Counted from the first letter of the stretch, positions 23,995 through 36,859 are shown. The stretch is DNA of 64,000 nt from Antechinus flavipes (GCF_016432865.1 NC_067398.1:701716001-701780000), one strand, 5' to 3'. The notes: a model not told the origin generated them from the sequence alone. Translations and numbers: made by a program.

Positions 23995-26900
23995 TGCCAT
24001 GTTTTAGACACAGGTTAAATGATGGATACAAAGAAAGGTCTCTACCCTCAAGGAGCTCACATTCTCATGGGTTTCATCTGAACCCACAATTGCCAATGAT
24101 CATCATAAGTAACCTTCCTATAACTCTTTAAGACTTACAAATCCTTTTCCTCATAAGTGTGAGAAAAGAACTCTTCCCCCCAAAAATAGGATGGTGAACA
24201 CAACTCTTTTTATGGATTAAGAAACAATCAATGGAAGAGGTTGGTTAGGGTTTTGCAGCCAGTATGATAGAAAAAATAAGGACTTGAAAGATCCGAGTGC
24301 CTAGAGGTAAGTAATATATCCATCCTGGACCTCAGATTCATCATGTCTAAAATGATCTTTAGGGACCATGAAAGCACTGTTTCAGGAATTCTAATTCAAG
24401 TCCAGCTTTAAAATTTCCGCTCTTACCATCCACCCACTCACTATGCCATGACATTGCTTGTCCCAGATACTATTTGTCCCAAAGATGCTAGGCCAACATT
24501 AGCTGAATGATCACTAGAGTTCTCCAAAGCAAACTACTTCTAAAGTAAAATGTGCTCTTTCAAAATGCACTTCTGTCTTCTTCACTTCCTGCCTTCAAAG
24601 CGTTTATCAATTATGGCCGAGTCCATTACAATCCAAATGTGGCCACTCATCACATGTTTCTCTCTCCTTTGGAGCTACTTATTATTATGTGTAAAACATT
24701 TCAAGAGTCCTTTTAAGAGGAACGGGAAGATTATGTTATTTTTACTTGGAATTTCTGACCCAGAAGACTTAAGTTGCTGCATCTTGGAGAAGGCAGTTTT
24801 ATATTTGGCAGAAGTTCTTCTTTTCCCAAGACTTCATTTTGAAAGAGTACAGAATGTTTCTAAAAACACTTTTAAAGCAAAGAACTTTTAAGTGACGATA
24901 GCTTAATAATCAAAATCTTATTTTAAGCCAGACTAAGAATTTTAATATCATGTCTCAAAACTCAAAAGTTTTATGCTTCTATGAGAAAATTAATAAAGTT
25001 CTTTCCATGAAATGCAAAAGGTTCATTGTCCTTGCTAAGAAAAAGTGATTGCACAAGACTTTTTTTTTTTTTTTTTTTTAAAAGCACTCTCATATAGCGT
25101 GTACCCAGTCTAGGTACTCATTTTGTGAGTCATTTCTTTTACACTTAAACTAATAACTTTTTTAGGCATTCCACAAGCTATGAGTTTCACAGGTGTCTAG
25201 AATAATGAGGCGACATAGATCATGTCCCTCTGATTTAACAAGATTTTGCTTGTTATTTTTGAAATTTCCCATTTTGTACAGACTAACCCAAATCCAACCT
25301 GGAAACAATTTACCCACATAGTCTTTTCCCCTTTATTGGAAAAATATCTGTTTAACAAGGGAGAAATGGAGCACATAAATATAGTATATAACACTTCTCA
25401 TCTCAGTGTTGTCAAGCACTATATGCCATTTAATGAGAAAATACACTGATTCTTATGCTAGAAGCAGATCAAATAAATTCTACAAGGCATGAAAATCATT
25501 ATTATCCACTTAAAAAGAGGATTCATTTTGAAGTTCCCTAGTTGGTCTATTTGTTAGTCACACACCAAATGAAAATGTGCACTGCTAGATCTTAAATGAA
25601 ACAAGTACAGGAATATGGAAAATTACTGTCATCACATCTTATTACCTAATAAGATAAGAAAATCCTACAGGCAAGCTTACACAAAGGAAAACCAAACACC
25701 TTAAAGTAATGTGTAATCAGATTTTCAATTCTCAAGGGAGTGGAAAGGAAAAATAATAAGACTTCTTCCAATATTGACAACATATTTTGAAAGAAAAAAA
25801 ATGCAACTGCCATGTAGAGTCACATTTAAAGCAATATCATATAGTCCAGAGGAACCTAAAATTGGAACCTCATTAATTAATTACAATTAACTGGTCTTCA
25901 TTTAGCAACAACTTGAAAATTACAAACAGCTCCGTCTACAAAAAGTAAAGACTCAGAGATAAGTATGATTTTCTTTTGAAAATCTGAACAATAATATTTT
26001 CCAGGGTGCTTTGATTTTTAAAATAATTTGTGATATATGCATTGAGACAGTAAGATTAAAGTTTTCTTTTTTTTTCCCCCCAATCAGCAGTGCCTCTTTA
26101 CTGGAAAAGCTCTTCCCCAGAAATCCATGAGAAGACATGAAGGAAGGAGAGGCTTAAGTTCAGACTTTCCCAGAACAGAATCATGCTAAAATCACTTAAC
26201 TCTGTTTCAGTTTCCTCATTTGTTAAATTAAAAAAAAAAAAAAAAACTACTTTCAGAGGCCAATGAGTTCAAACTATTCTTTATCAAGAATTACCTTCTA
26301 CAAAGTTGACAAAATACAACCAGCTAGCAGGATCAGAGGTAGGGCCAATCTGCTAGCTCCCAAGACAACCCAAATTGTTGGGAAAGATGTTTTAACCCCT
26401 TTTTCACTTCTAAATCTACTAATGCAAGTACCACTCCTGGTTTCTAGTTCCAGCCTCTAGGGATTTCAGCAATATGCCAAGTAACCACAATGTTACAAAA
26501 TAATTTCCTCCTTTCCTCCTACCTAAGTCTGAGGTCTAGAGCTTACCACAGTCTATGTTAAATATGAACAGAGAAAAAAAATTTCAAAAGTTCTCATAAA
26601 TACAATCCAAAATATTTTGCATTTCTCTCTTTCAGAGAGGGGAAGATTTTATTTAAGTGGAAGCATAAGAACATACTGGAAACATCCTAGTGAAAAGCAA
26701 CCAAAATCACATGACCTTTAATGGGAAAAAATTTTCCCCAACATTTCCAAAGCACAATTTTTCCCTACAAGTACAGAAGTTAAAGGAGATTGCAAGACTT
26801 CCAGGTAGCACCGGGTTTATTACTTTATTTCTAATGCTATGTCATTTAGATATGTCAAACTAAAAAGGTAGAGGAGAACTCCAGTCACCTCCAGCATGTT

Positions 26901-28804
26901 TCCTTTAGAAATAAGATTATTAGTAAGAAGCTACCTTGTTTAGAAAAAGCTAAATACCCCATCCTCTTTAAATAAACTTTTTGGAGGTAGAAATACAAAT
27001 ATCAGATATTTAGAAAAGCAGCATGAACTCATAAGAAATAAATGTTCCGTAAAAAAAGTACAGAAAGACAGTTAATACTTATTATGTGCCAAGCACTAGA
27101 GTTACAAATACAAATTTAAAGACAGTCCCCCACATGAAGAGTTTAGAGCTTGTGCTATGAGCAGATAACACATATAAAGGAGTAATAACCTAGAAGGGAT
27201 ACTTTAGTTTAGAAATGATGCTGAGTGGGGTCAAAGGAAATAAATCAATATACCCCTTCCAGGAACTGAATTATAGTTCCATAAAGGGGAATATGTCTTG
27301 AGGGAAGGGAGTACAGAGGTTGGTGAAGTTGTCAAGAGGTGGCCAGTAAGAAAGGAGTAAAGCTTGACTGGACCCTACCAGAAACACTCAATCTGGAGAG
27401 GCAGTAACCAATTAGCGTAGCAGGACCCCATGGTCTCTGGAAGTGGAATAAAAAGCTAATAATTTAATTTAAAGATATTGAAATTTTCTCATGATCAGAA
27501 AAGTGTAAGTCAAAATAATCTTAAGATATTACTTTAGACCTCACCCCATCCTCCAATAATAAATAGCAAATGTTGCTCAACTCATACTTGGCATAGCTGC
27601 AGGGATATGGGAACAAAGTTGTGTCTATTGCAAAAGTTTTGAAGAACATAACATAAGGAAAAAAAAAAAGAATATAACATCAGAGGAGAATCACAAAACT
27701 GATTATGCCCTTTGGTTCCATTTACCAATGACAAAAAAAAAAAAAAAGAATCAAAATAAATGCTCAGTGAAAGAATCCTAGAATAGCCTTATCCAATCTG
27801 CACTTGTGGATGTCAAGTAGGAAGCAATCCCAAGTTCATGGTGGGGAGCCCTTCCATGACTGACTAGTGTTCTTGCCAGGCCTTCAGTGGCACAGCCCCT
27901 CAAGCCCAGTTCTCTCCTAGATGGCAGACATCCTAAGGCTTACACTCACCCATTTTACCAGGAAGATGAGGGGACTCTGCTTCATTTTTTTTTTTTAAAT
28001 CTCTTTGGAGTTTCCTCTAACATCTTTCTTTAGAATTTCCTCTAACATCTCCCACATTTCTAAACTTTAACAGAAAATTAGCATCTTCCAAGTGCCTCCA
28101 AGCACAACACGCCTTCTGGCCAAGCAACTTGTCTTTTAGATGCAGCCATTATACACTGACACAAACTCTACTCAGAGAACCCAAGACAAGAGGTTGCACA
28201 AAACTAATACTTACTTTAAGCATATGTGATTTTTTTTTCTCAAATATCTTCCTTGAGGAAAATGCTCATCTGAGAGAACTATTAAGCCATAAGTTTTAGG
28301 AGTACTAAGTCATGCTGCTCTAAAGAGTAACTAACACAAGATAGTAATCTCATGACTTGTAAGAATTCTCTGCCTAGTAAGAATAGGCCTTGGTGAAATT
28401 TTCCAATTTCTGCATTCATTAAGAGGCCTAAACAGTTTTAGCCTTGTATTTCTTATCCACAGCCTAATCCCTCTTCTGCCCACCCCACACCTAATTTTTT
28501 TCTTTGGCCTTTTTTATTATTTCCTATTTTTGTAAAATTAGATTACTATGGGACCATAAAATTTATATAAATTGTCTACCAGGTGAAAAAAAAATCAATG
28601 AAAATTAGTGCTGAAAATAACTTCAGAGAGATCAACTAAAACAAAGTTTCTTGGCTCCTATTCCTTTTGGGATCAAATAGAAAGTCCTTTTGATTGGTTT
28701 TGAAAGCCATCCCTAACCTGTATTTCTCTGCCTCTCTTTTCAGTCTTCCTTACACTTGACTTCCTTCCATCTATTTCCCCCAATTATACATAAAAACTAT
28801 TTTT

Positions 28805-29060
28805 AAGTATTTTTTTTTATTTTGAGTTTCAAATTCTCTCCTTCCATACCTTTCCCCACCTCCTGGGGAAAACATTTTGATAGGAGCTATACATGTGCAG
28901 ACATACAAATCATTTCCATGTTAAGTCATGTTGTGAAAGAAAATACAAACAAAAGCCAATAAAAATAAAGTTTAAAAAAATCTACTTTGATAAGCATTCA
29001 GACTTTATCAGGTCTTCCTCTAGAAGGGAATAACATTTTTCACCCTTCAGGCCTTCACTT
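28805..29060 (-). mobile_element. L1 3' end
   Basis: tttttttattttgagtttcaaattctctcc...gctatacatgtgcagacatacaaatcatttccatgtt...attcagactttatcag. Confidence 0.8.
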
Positions 29061-29129
29061 TTCACTTTTCAGTGGTTCGGAAATGTCAGTCTTCTTAACA
29101 ATAGAGATTCAAGTTCTTCCCAGTTTTGT

Positions 29130-29290
29130 CTCTCCAATATTTAGCAGAGGACTTGAGAGTAAGTGCATAGTGAATGCAAAGTGAGATAAGTAACACTATC
29201 ATTTTACCTAGGAGTAAACAGAGCTAAATGACTGGGCACAGAAGAGACCGCAGTTAGTACTCAGGTCTCTGCATAAACAGTCCAGTATTC
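29130..29290 (-). mobile_element. MIR fragment
   Basis: cactatcattttacctaggagtaaacagagctaaatgact. Confidence 0.55.
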
Positions 29291-29639
29291 TTTCCAATAG
29301 CTAACAAATACAGGAATTTTCTCTCCAAAATCTACAATTCCAGGAGTTCTACATTAACTTCTAAAACAAAAACTAATATGTTTTTTTTTCTAAAGGGTAG
29401 GAGACCAGTAATTACAATTCATGAGTACCTTTGCACAGTGCTTCAAACACAAAAGCCATGTAATAAATATTTCCTGATCAGTCCAAGAACAAAAGCTATA
29501 GCACGGGTCTAAGAAATGTATCCTGCATACACAGTAAAACACCTAGATTTTAAAACCAGATCAGTCTTTTTACCACTTACATGAATTTGGGCAATGCACA
29601 GATACTCAGACAGCTACTATCTATCACCTAGTGAAAAGC

Positions 29640-29810
29640 AGAATAGTAAAGCAGCATTCATTCTGGACTTGGACAGGATCAGGAAAACCTAGCTTTCAAT
29701 CCAACTTCTGACCCTTACAAGTCATGTTACATGAATTGTGATTCTTAGTGATTTAAAACCTCTTTGAACTTCAGGCAACTTTCCAAGACTAGAAATTTCC
29801 AAAACTGATC
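29640..29810 (+). mobile_element. Mar1/MIR-type SINE
   Basis: ctggacttggacaggatcaggaaaacctagctttcaatcc...cttcaggcaactttccaagact. Confidence 0.6.
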
Positions 29811-31859
29811 GACTAACCCTAAACATAGTACAGTTGATCCACATATGAAATCAAGTAATGTGAGACTGATGTGCAAAGTCCTAGACACAAGTCAATTGCT
29901 TTCCATTTCTCCCACTTCTTATGTTTCATTTCTTTTCAGATGAGAAAAGTTTAGTGTCAACCACAAATCATTCCCATTCTTAAACACTGATCTTCTGAAT
30001 CTTTAGGATCTCTTTTACCATTTGAACAAGGTTAAAGTGAGACTATACCATGATAGAATATTTAGTCAATAATACAATAATTCTATTTTTATACCATCAT
30101 AAAATATTGAGACAAGCCCTTTCAAAAAAAATTAGCTTCCATTCATGGCATTAAAATCTAACACTTAGCAGGAAAAATGTATAAATAGGGTTAAAAAGGA
30201 GAGATAGGTGATGTCCTGTTTTTACCTAATCAAAACATGTTAGAGCCTAACAGAAAGTTACTGACATCACTATTTTATTTTATTTTATTTTTTTTTTAAG
30301 ATTTAGATAGGATGGGAAGTCTAAGTAGTCAAAGAAGAAAAGCAAACATTCTCACAATAAGTGAATGAATAGACAGGCTAATAAGCTCCCAGTGATTCTC
30401 CACTGCTAGCCTGGCTTAGCACTGAAAGCCTTCAGGAAAAGGCTTCTAATGAGGATCCATAGAAAGGAGATGAAGTAGGCACTCCAAAAATGGGTGAGCA
30501 TCAGTTTGCTAAAGAATTCATACAGCAAGTGAATGCTTTCACCTTTATTTCTAAAAGTATCAAAAATACTATTGACATTAAACATTCAGTATTGTTTTTT
30601 TTATTCCCAGCTCTAGTCACAGAGCTGGAAACAATATTTGGAAATGACCAATAACTTCAACCAGATGAAACAAGGTAAATGAATATGCTTTTTATAACAA
30701 TCTACAGTTTTTCTTCAACAAATTATTCTAAACAAGGCTTAAATGCCATAAATAAATTAGCTTAATGGGGCTTTTTCTTTACCATCGCACTATATGAATG
30801 AACACAAAATAAATAACAAGTACAACAGAGTAATAAAAATTATCATAAAATAATTACATTAATACAGTGACATCCTATTTCCCATCAAAAATTTTATCAA
30901 ATATTCTATAAGTGGACAGGCCTTCTATTAAGTACAAAATGTTTGAGATCATGAATATCAATATATTTAAATTATGAAAAGAAATATTTAGACATTCAAA
31001 ATACCTTCCTGCAAGTCTTAAATATTTTTCTTTCATATCTAACAAACATGCAAAAATTAAAATTATATCAAGAACAAGGTTAAAAACAAGCTTTCCTCAA
31101 AACTCAGTCAAATTTTACAGATAAATGAAATGACTTTTATTCACTTGTGAGCTCTAAATTTGAAAATGTTAAGTTTTAGAAAATAAAATGAGCTTTACGA
31201 AACAGATGTTACTGCCTGTGCTATTTAATAAATTCAAGTCACATTCATAGAAGACAATATAGCCATCTGATGAGTTCAGCATCAATGGAATGAGCCAAAT
31301 TCACACAACAGCATCTTACAAAAATAATCAGTGGTTTAAAGCAGTGCATGTGCAAAATTCCTGAAATAACATACATATAATTCACTGCCAAACTCTGATG
31401 AATTCAAAATCTGAAAAGGCAAGAAACATCATCACAGCTATGAAATCCATATTCAAAGCTATGTTCAAAAAGTTTCATTACCATCTTAAAAAATAAATGA
31501 TCAAAAAGTTTAGATAATCTTATGGCAGAAGGGCAGAAAAAGGAAGGGTTAAAGATATTCCTCATTTTTAAAAGAAAAGTTTTCTTTTATTCTGGAAAAA
31601 ATGACAAAAGAATTTGTTAGCTGACAATATAAACTTGAACCTGTTCAGACTCAAGTGTTTCCATGTTGCCTCCAGAATCAAAGTCATTTAAAACATATAT
31701 CCAATAAATTTCTAGTCTTATCAGACCCGGTTCGTGCTCTGCTGTGCTCTACACAGAATCCCCATCTTCCACCAGTAACTATCACTACTCCATTTCCACT
31801 TTTAGAATAACTTGTTTGCTTACAAACTTAGCTCCAGTACCTTTTCTGATCCAGTACAA

Positions 31860-32015
31860 AGAGTCAGGGTTCTGATGTCATCAAACCTGGGTTCAATCTC
31901 CCAGATGATCTTAGACATATCATTTCATTCCCCTGGACTGCAGTTTCCCCCTTAGTAAAATGTGAGTATAACATTATAAAGCTTCTAAAATCCCTTCCAG
32001 CTACAGAATTATGAG
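31860..32015 (+). mobile_element. MIR/MIR3-type SINE
   Basis: acctgggttcaatctc...cagtttcccccttagtaaaatg...cccttccagctacagaattatga. Confidence 0.75.
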
Positions 32016-32049
32016 ATGATAATCCTTCGTGCAGGCAGGTAGGGGGCAT

Positions 32050-32235
32050 AGAAAAGAAGCTCCAAGCCTGGAATCAGGAGGACTTGAGTTTAAGTCTATG
32101 TGATTCTGGATAAGTCACTTTTTTAACTTTTTAATTTCAGCTTCCTCACTTAAAAATGAGCTGGAGAAAGAAATGGCAAACCACTACAGTATCTTTGTCA
32201 AGAAAATACGCAGTGGAATCAAACAGGCCTGAAAA
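32050..32235 (+). mobile_element. Mar1 CORE-SINE with BovB/RTE-like 3' tail
   Basis: ctggaatcaggaggacttgagtt head, core, then ggagaaagaaatggcaaaccactacagtatctttgtcaagaaaa. Confidence 0.85.
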
Positions 32236-32384
32236 AAAAAAAACCAAATAAAGTGAACCCTCTCTGTGGTTAGAACTTCTTCCTCTGGTGGCCATCTTTA
32301 CCATATTTAGTTTTTATTTACTTAATGTGTACTTGCTTATTTATCCATGATGGTGTAGTATATTGGATAGAAAACTACTCTCAA

Positions 32385-32495
32385 GGGGCAGATAAGTGAT
32401 GCATGAATAGAGCATTAGCCCTGAAGTCTCAGACATATGACTTCTGGCTGTGACCCTGGGCAAGTCACTTGGCTTCAGGAAAAAAAAAAAAAAAA
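32385..32495 (+). mobile_element. WSINE1-type SINE (internally deleted) with A tail
   Basis: ggggcagataagtgatgca...ctgtgaccctgggcaagtcactt...poly-A. Confidence 0.8.
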
Positions 32496-32978
32496 GAGAA
32501 GACAAGAAAACTACTCTGGAATACCTGGAATACCACTGTGATGTGATCCTTTAATCTCTTTGTATCTGGGCAATTCTCAAAAAGACAGAAGAGAATGGCA
32601 GAGAAGGAATCTGTTTCAGCCTTACTTGGAAAGAGAAAGTCTTCAGGAGAATGCCTTTTTCCAAAGATCTGGATAAAATGTTTTAAAAAGCTAAAATACT
32701 AAGCCAAATTTAGTGAGAGCTAAAATGGATTAATATGCAACCTAACATTTAAAAAGCTGACTTCACCAGTCCACTCTAGAGGAGATGTGGTAAAAGATCA
32801 GTTCATTAGAAAAAGATCTGTGGGCTGACAGACTAGTGTACAAGAAGATCCATGTCAGAAGACCTGGTACCAGATTACTTTCCGTGTTAATACAGATTTC
32901 ATTTTTAAAGTGTCAGGAAACCTAAGCATAATAAATAGCTGTCCTCTCATTGCTAAGGTATCACAAGCTATCCACACT

Positions 32979-33015
32979 CAAGAGTACAAAATAAATACAA
33001 GAGTACAAAATAAAT
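32979..33015. repeat. 19-bp tandem duplication (caagagtacaaaataaata x ~2)
   Basis: Direct read. Confidence 0.95.
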
Positions 33016-33339
33016 CATTGACATGGATTAAACGTGTCATGAAACAGCTGTTTGACCAAACAAGACAGCCCAGCTATGTGGTAAGAGAGCATGCTCTATA
33101 ACTTTTCAGGAAATGCCCAAAGTATGGGGAGGAACTTAGAACATTGTTCTCCTCTGAAAGAGGAGACACAGACAAAAGTCACAGGATTGTGAATGTGCTG
33201 CCATTTTCATTTGCAAAAGGAATACCTGATAAGGGGGAGAATTTTTGAATTATTAACAATTTCAAACAGTGCTATTATATAACTCAACAGTTGATGTTGT
33301 TATTATTATAAATGCATAATTTTAAAGTATCAGCTAGTA

Positions 33340-33600
33340 TGGGACAAAAACAAAGTAGCTTGTCTTCCATCTTGTCATCACCCATATCTGGAAGTCACTC
33401 TCATATTCATTACTTCCTCCAAGGCTTAGCTTAGGGCCCACTTTCTCCCTGAAGCATTCCCTAATTCCCGAGTAGTAAAAGCTCATCATCTTTTAATTGT
33501 CTTGCAGGGAAATATCAGTGACATAATTAGCACAATTCTTGGCATATGGTAAATCCTTTAAAAATGCATGTTTCCTGATCAACACGATGATTTCAGAAAG
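33340..33600 (+). mobile_element. L2 3' fragment
   Basis: ccactttctccctgaagcattcccta...agcacaattcttggcatatggtaaatcc. Confidence 0.6.
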
Positions 33601-33604
33601 GCCT

Positions 33605-34045
33605 AGAGAGACTTACATGAAGTAGAACCAAGAGAACATTGTACACAGCAACAAGATTATATGATCAATCAATTGAAAAATCGATTCTGATGGACGTGGC
33701 TCTTTTAAACAGTGATTCAAGCCACTTCCAATGGATTTGTGATGGAGAGAGCCATCTGCACACAGGGAGAGGGCTGTGGGAACTGAATGTAGATCACAGG
33801 ATAGAATTTTCACTTTTTTTATTATTTGCTTGCATTTTGTTTTCTCTCATTTTTTTCCCCTTTTTGGGGTGTGTGTGTGTGTGTACACGTGCACGTGTGC
33901 GCAGACAATAATAATTACACTTGTATTGGATTACTTGTCTAGGGAAGGGAGTAGAGAGAAGGAAGAGAAAAAATTCTAACACAAGGTTTTGCAAGGGTGA
34001 ATGATGAAAATTATGTATATGTTTTGAAAACAAAAAAGATTTTTT
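33605..34045 (+). mobile_element. Dasyurid-type L1 3' end
   Basis: gagacttacatgaa...tctgatggacgtggctct...gggaactgaatgtagatc...caaggttttgcaagggtgaatg. Confidence 0.9.
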
Positions 34046-34084
34046 TAAATAATATGTTTGTTTCCTCCCTTCTTTGTTGTTATG

Positions 34085-34160
34085 TTTTTGGTTTTTGGTT
34101 TTTTGCTGAGGCAAATGGGGTTAAATGACTTGCCCAGGGTCACACAGCTAGGAAGTGAAG
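34085..34160 (-). mobile_element. WSINE1 3' half
   Basis: ttttgctgaggcaaatggggttaaatgacttgcccagggtcacacagctaggaagtg. Confidence 0.9.
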
Positions 34161-34164
34161 TTTG

Positions 34165-34745
34165 CAAAACTGCAACATTGTCCCTTGCACTCACTTCTAT
34201 TCTAACTTTTTCTTTCTCTCCCTTTATCCCCTCCCCTAGATGGCAGGCAGTCTCGTACATGTTAAACATGTTAAAGGATATCTTAGATACAACATATGTG
34301 TGCAGATTCATACAGTTCTCTTGTTGCACAAGAAAAACTGGATTCAGAAGGTAAAAATAACCTGAGAAGAAAAACAAAAATCCAAGTAGTCCACATTCAT
34401 TTCCCAGTGTTCCTTCTCTGGGTATAGCCGATTCTGTCTATCATTGATCAATTGAAACTGAGTTAGATCTCTTTGTTGAAGAAATCCACATCCATCAAAT
34501 ACATCCTCATAGAGTATCATTATTGAAGTGTATAATAATCTCCTAGTTCTGCTCATTTCACTTAGCATCAGTTCCTCTAAGTCTCTCTCAAGCCTCTCTG
34601 TATTCCTCCTGCTGGTCATTTCTTACAGAACAATAATATTCCATAACATTCATATACCACAATTTATCCAACCATTCTACAATTGATGAGCATCCATTCA
34701 ATGTCCAGTTTCTGTCCACTAAAAACAGGGCTGCCACAAACACAA
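34165..34745 (-). mobile_element. Younger dasyurid-type L1 3' end
   Basis: gttctgctcatttcacttagcatcagttc...ttcttacagaacaataatattccataacattcatataccacaattt. The ORF2 C-terminal remnant ERLERDLEELMLSEMSRTRR appears in the ORF track (34344..34619). Confidence 0.95.
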
Positions 34746-35169
34746 AATGCTTGGGTAGAACCTCCTATAATTCTTAGATCACCCTCAGATTCTCACTATC
34801 CCTCCTCACTAACAAGAGGTCCTTCCAATCATCCACAGCTAAAATAATCCCACAGGCAGAGAAGTAAGTAGTCTCTCTTTCTTCTTCCAGGATATTAAGG
34901 CCCATTCAAGGAAGCCCAAAACCCCAGCAGCTTTCTTGGCAGGATATCTCACACCTCTGATTCCCACTGAGTTTGCAGCCCATCAAAACATTGAGATCAG
35001 CTAGAGACAAACTGTGTGTAACCATATATACCCCTTTTTTATCCCTGTTAAGCTGATTTTTAACCCTAAGTATAAGTTTTTTCATTAAATAATATTCTAA
35101 CCTGTCAAGATTATCCTCCAGTTGGCTACCATTCTGAGCAAATCTAGTAATCAAATTATCTGAAGCCTT

Positions 35170-35300
35170 AAGGCCTGGATTCAAATCATGCTTCTTACAT
35201 TAATGATGTTATCTCAGACAACATACTTAAAAGCTCTCTGGGCTTCAATATACCCAGTTGTAAAAGGAGACTGGATCAGCTGACCTCTGAAATCCTGCCC
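35170..35300 (+). mobile_element. MIR-type SINE
   Basis: cctggattcaaatcatgcttc...gttgtaaaaggagactggatcagctgacctct. Confidence 0.65.
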
Positions 35301-35604
35301 AGATCCTATTTTAGCCCTTTTGCCCAATAACTGATAGAAATATAAATGGCAGGAGGACCAGCAGATCCCTGCAGCAGTCTACCAGAGAATTCTATCCAAT
35401 TTGGCACCAAACTCTTAATGACTGTACTCTATGTCTGATCATAAAACTCAACTAACTGTAGCCTACCTCCCTTCAATTTGAGAATATATGTACATGAGAC
35501 AAATATGAGAAATAATGAGAAAAGCAAAGGATATGGCCTGTTGGAGCAGGGAGGTGATAGTCCCTCTATCCAATGCCCTACTAGGAAATGCATGGAGCAC
35601 TGTT

Positions 35605-35820
35605 GATAATTATTATTCTTTTACAATAGCATTTATATAGTGCTAGCTTTAATCTTAAAAGTTCACAAAGTGCTTTTACAGATATTACTTCATTGTATCC
35701 TCACAACCACCCTGCCCAAGACAGAAAATATAGGAAGCTGGATTTGAACTCAGGTCTGGTCTTCCCAAACTGAAAAGTCCTGCACTATTCACTGTGCTAC
35801 CTAAATAGCTGCTATTCCAG
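35605..35820 (-). mobile_element. MIR SINE
   Basis: gtatcctcacaaccaccctg...ggatttgaactcaggtctggtcttcccaaactg...cactgtgctaccta. Confidence 0.75.
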
Positions 35821-36859
35821 GACAAGTAACATGCATCATGGAAAAACTGACAGAACTTGACTTGAGCAGACCTGTCCAATCTTAATAGTTATGTGATACT
35901 TGAAATGTCATTGGCCTGCTGCTGTTTCCTCACAAGGTGAAGCCTCCTTAATATCAAAGCCCTCCAGAAATGTGAACAATTTTCACATGGGCCCCCAAAT
36001 TCTCTCTTCTCCAGACAGCTTCATGTGCTGCAACCAATCCTCCCTAACATGGGATGCAACCAGTTCAACCAGTTCTGAGCCCAAGGCCACAACTTTCTAT
36101 TTTCTACACAAGAAGAAGATGAGCTACTTTGCTAAAATCAGCATTCCCTCCTACCAGGTTAGAAACCTCACCTAAATGTTGCTGGTAAAGCTTCCATTGG
36201 TAGAGAGGATCATCTCACTGAAGACTACCGTGGATTTTTGTTCAGGTGTGCCTTGGAAAAAATGACCCTGAAGCTTCCTTCCAAATCTGACATTTACAGT
36301 AATTCTTAGAAACTCCACTCTGTGTGATGAAAGCAAATTAAAAAAAAAAAATTACCACTAACATGCCAATTATCACTGGCATACTGCTAAGTGGCAAGAG
36401 AATGCCAAAGGTAAATTGAGATGGATTTACACAAAAGCATTTGAAAATAAAGCAAAATATCACAAAATAAAGGAATAACAATCTTAGTCTTTGAATAGTG
36501 AAAAAGGCAACCCAGGAGGGCTTTGGTTCTGTCCTATCCCATTTATGAGATCTTGAAGCAGTTACCTAATCTCTGGTTGCTGTCCACAAGTCAATAAATT
36601 TACCTAAAACCCTAAAAACCATTCTTCACTTAAGAGCTAGGAGGGAAGGCTATTTAGCCAGTAGGCTCTCATTTGTCAGTTCCTCCTCTATCTGAAAAGC
36701 AGAATTGCTTTTCAGCACTGATGGAAGTTTCTTCACCGGGAGCTTTTCTCTATGCCGATGAAACCATAGATTTAGGCCAAACACAAGTGAAGAACCATGT
36801 TCTCTTTTGGACTAAACATTTTCACTTTTGAGAAAAGACACTGATAAAGCATCTTTCCC

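Noticed and set aside
23603-24031. 142-aa and 62-aa ORFs
   Set aside because: Artefacts of reading through the N gap.
31265-31420. CTGATGA motifs as possible hammerhead ribozyme cores (also 3222, 5810, 13680, 15095, 58464)
   Set aside because: None has a paired stem II followed by GAAA. An Infernal search would be definitive.
34900-35013. Strong plus-strand acceptor followed by DIKAHSRKPKTPAAFLAGYLTPL...*
   Set aside because: No donor before the stop, the upstream gtaagt is only ~27-36 nt away (too short for an intron), and the peptide is unrecognised.
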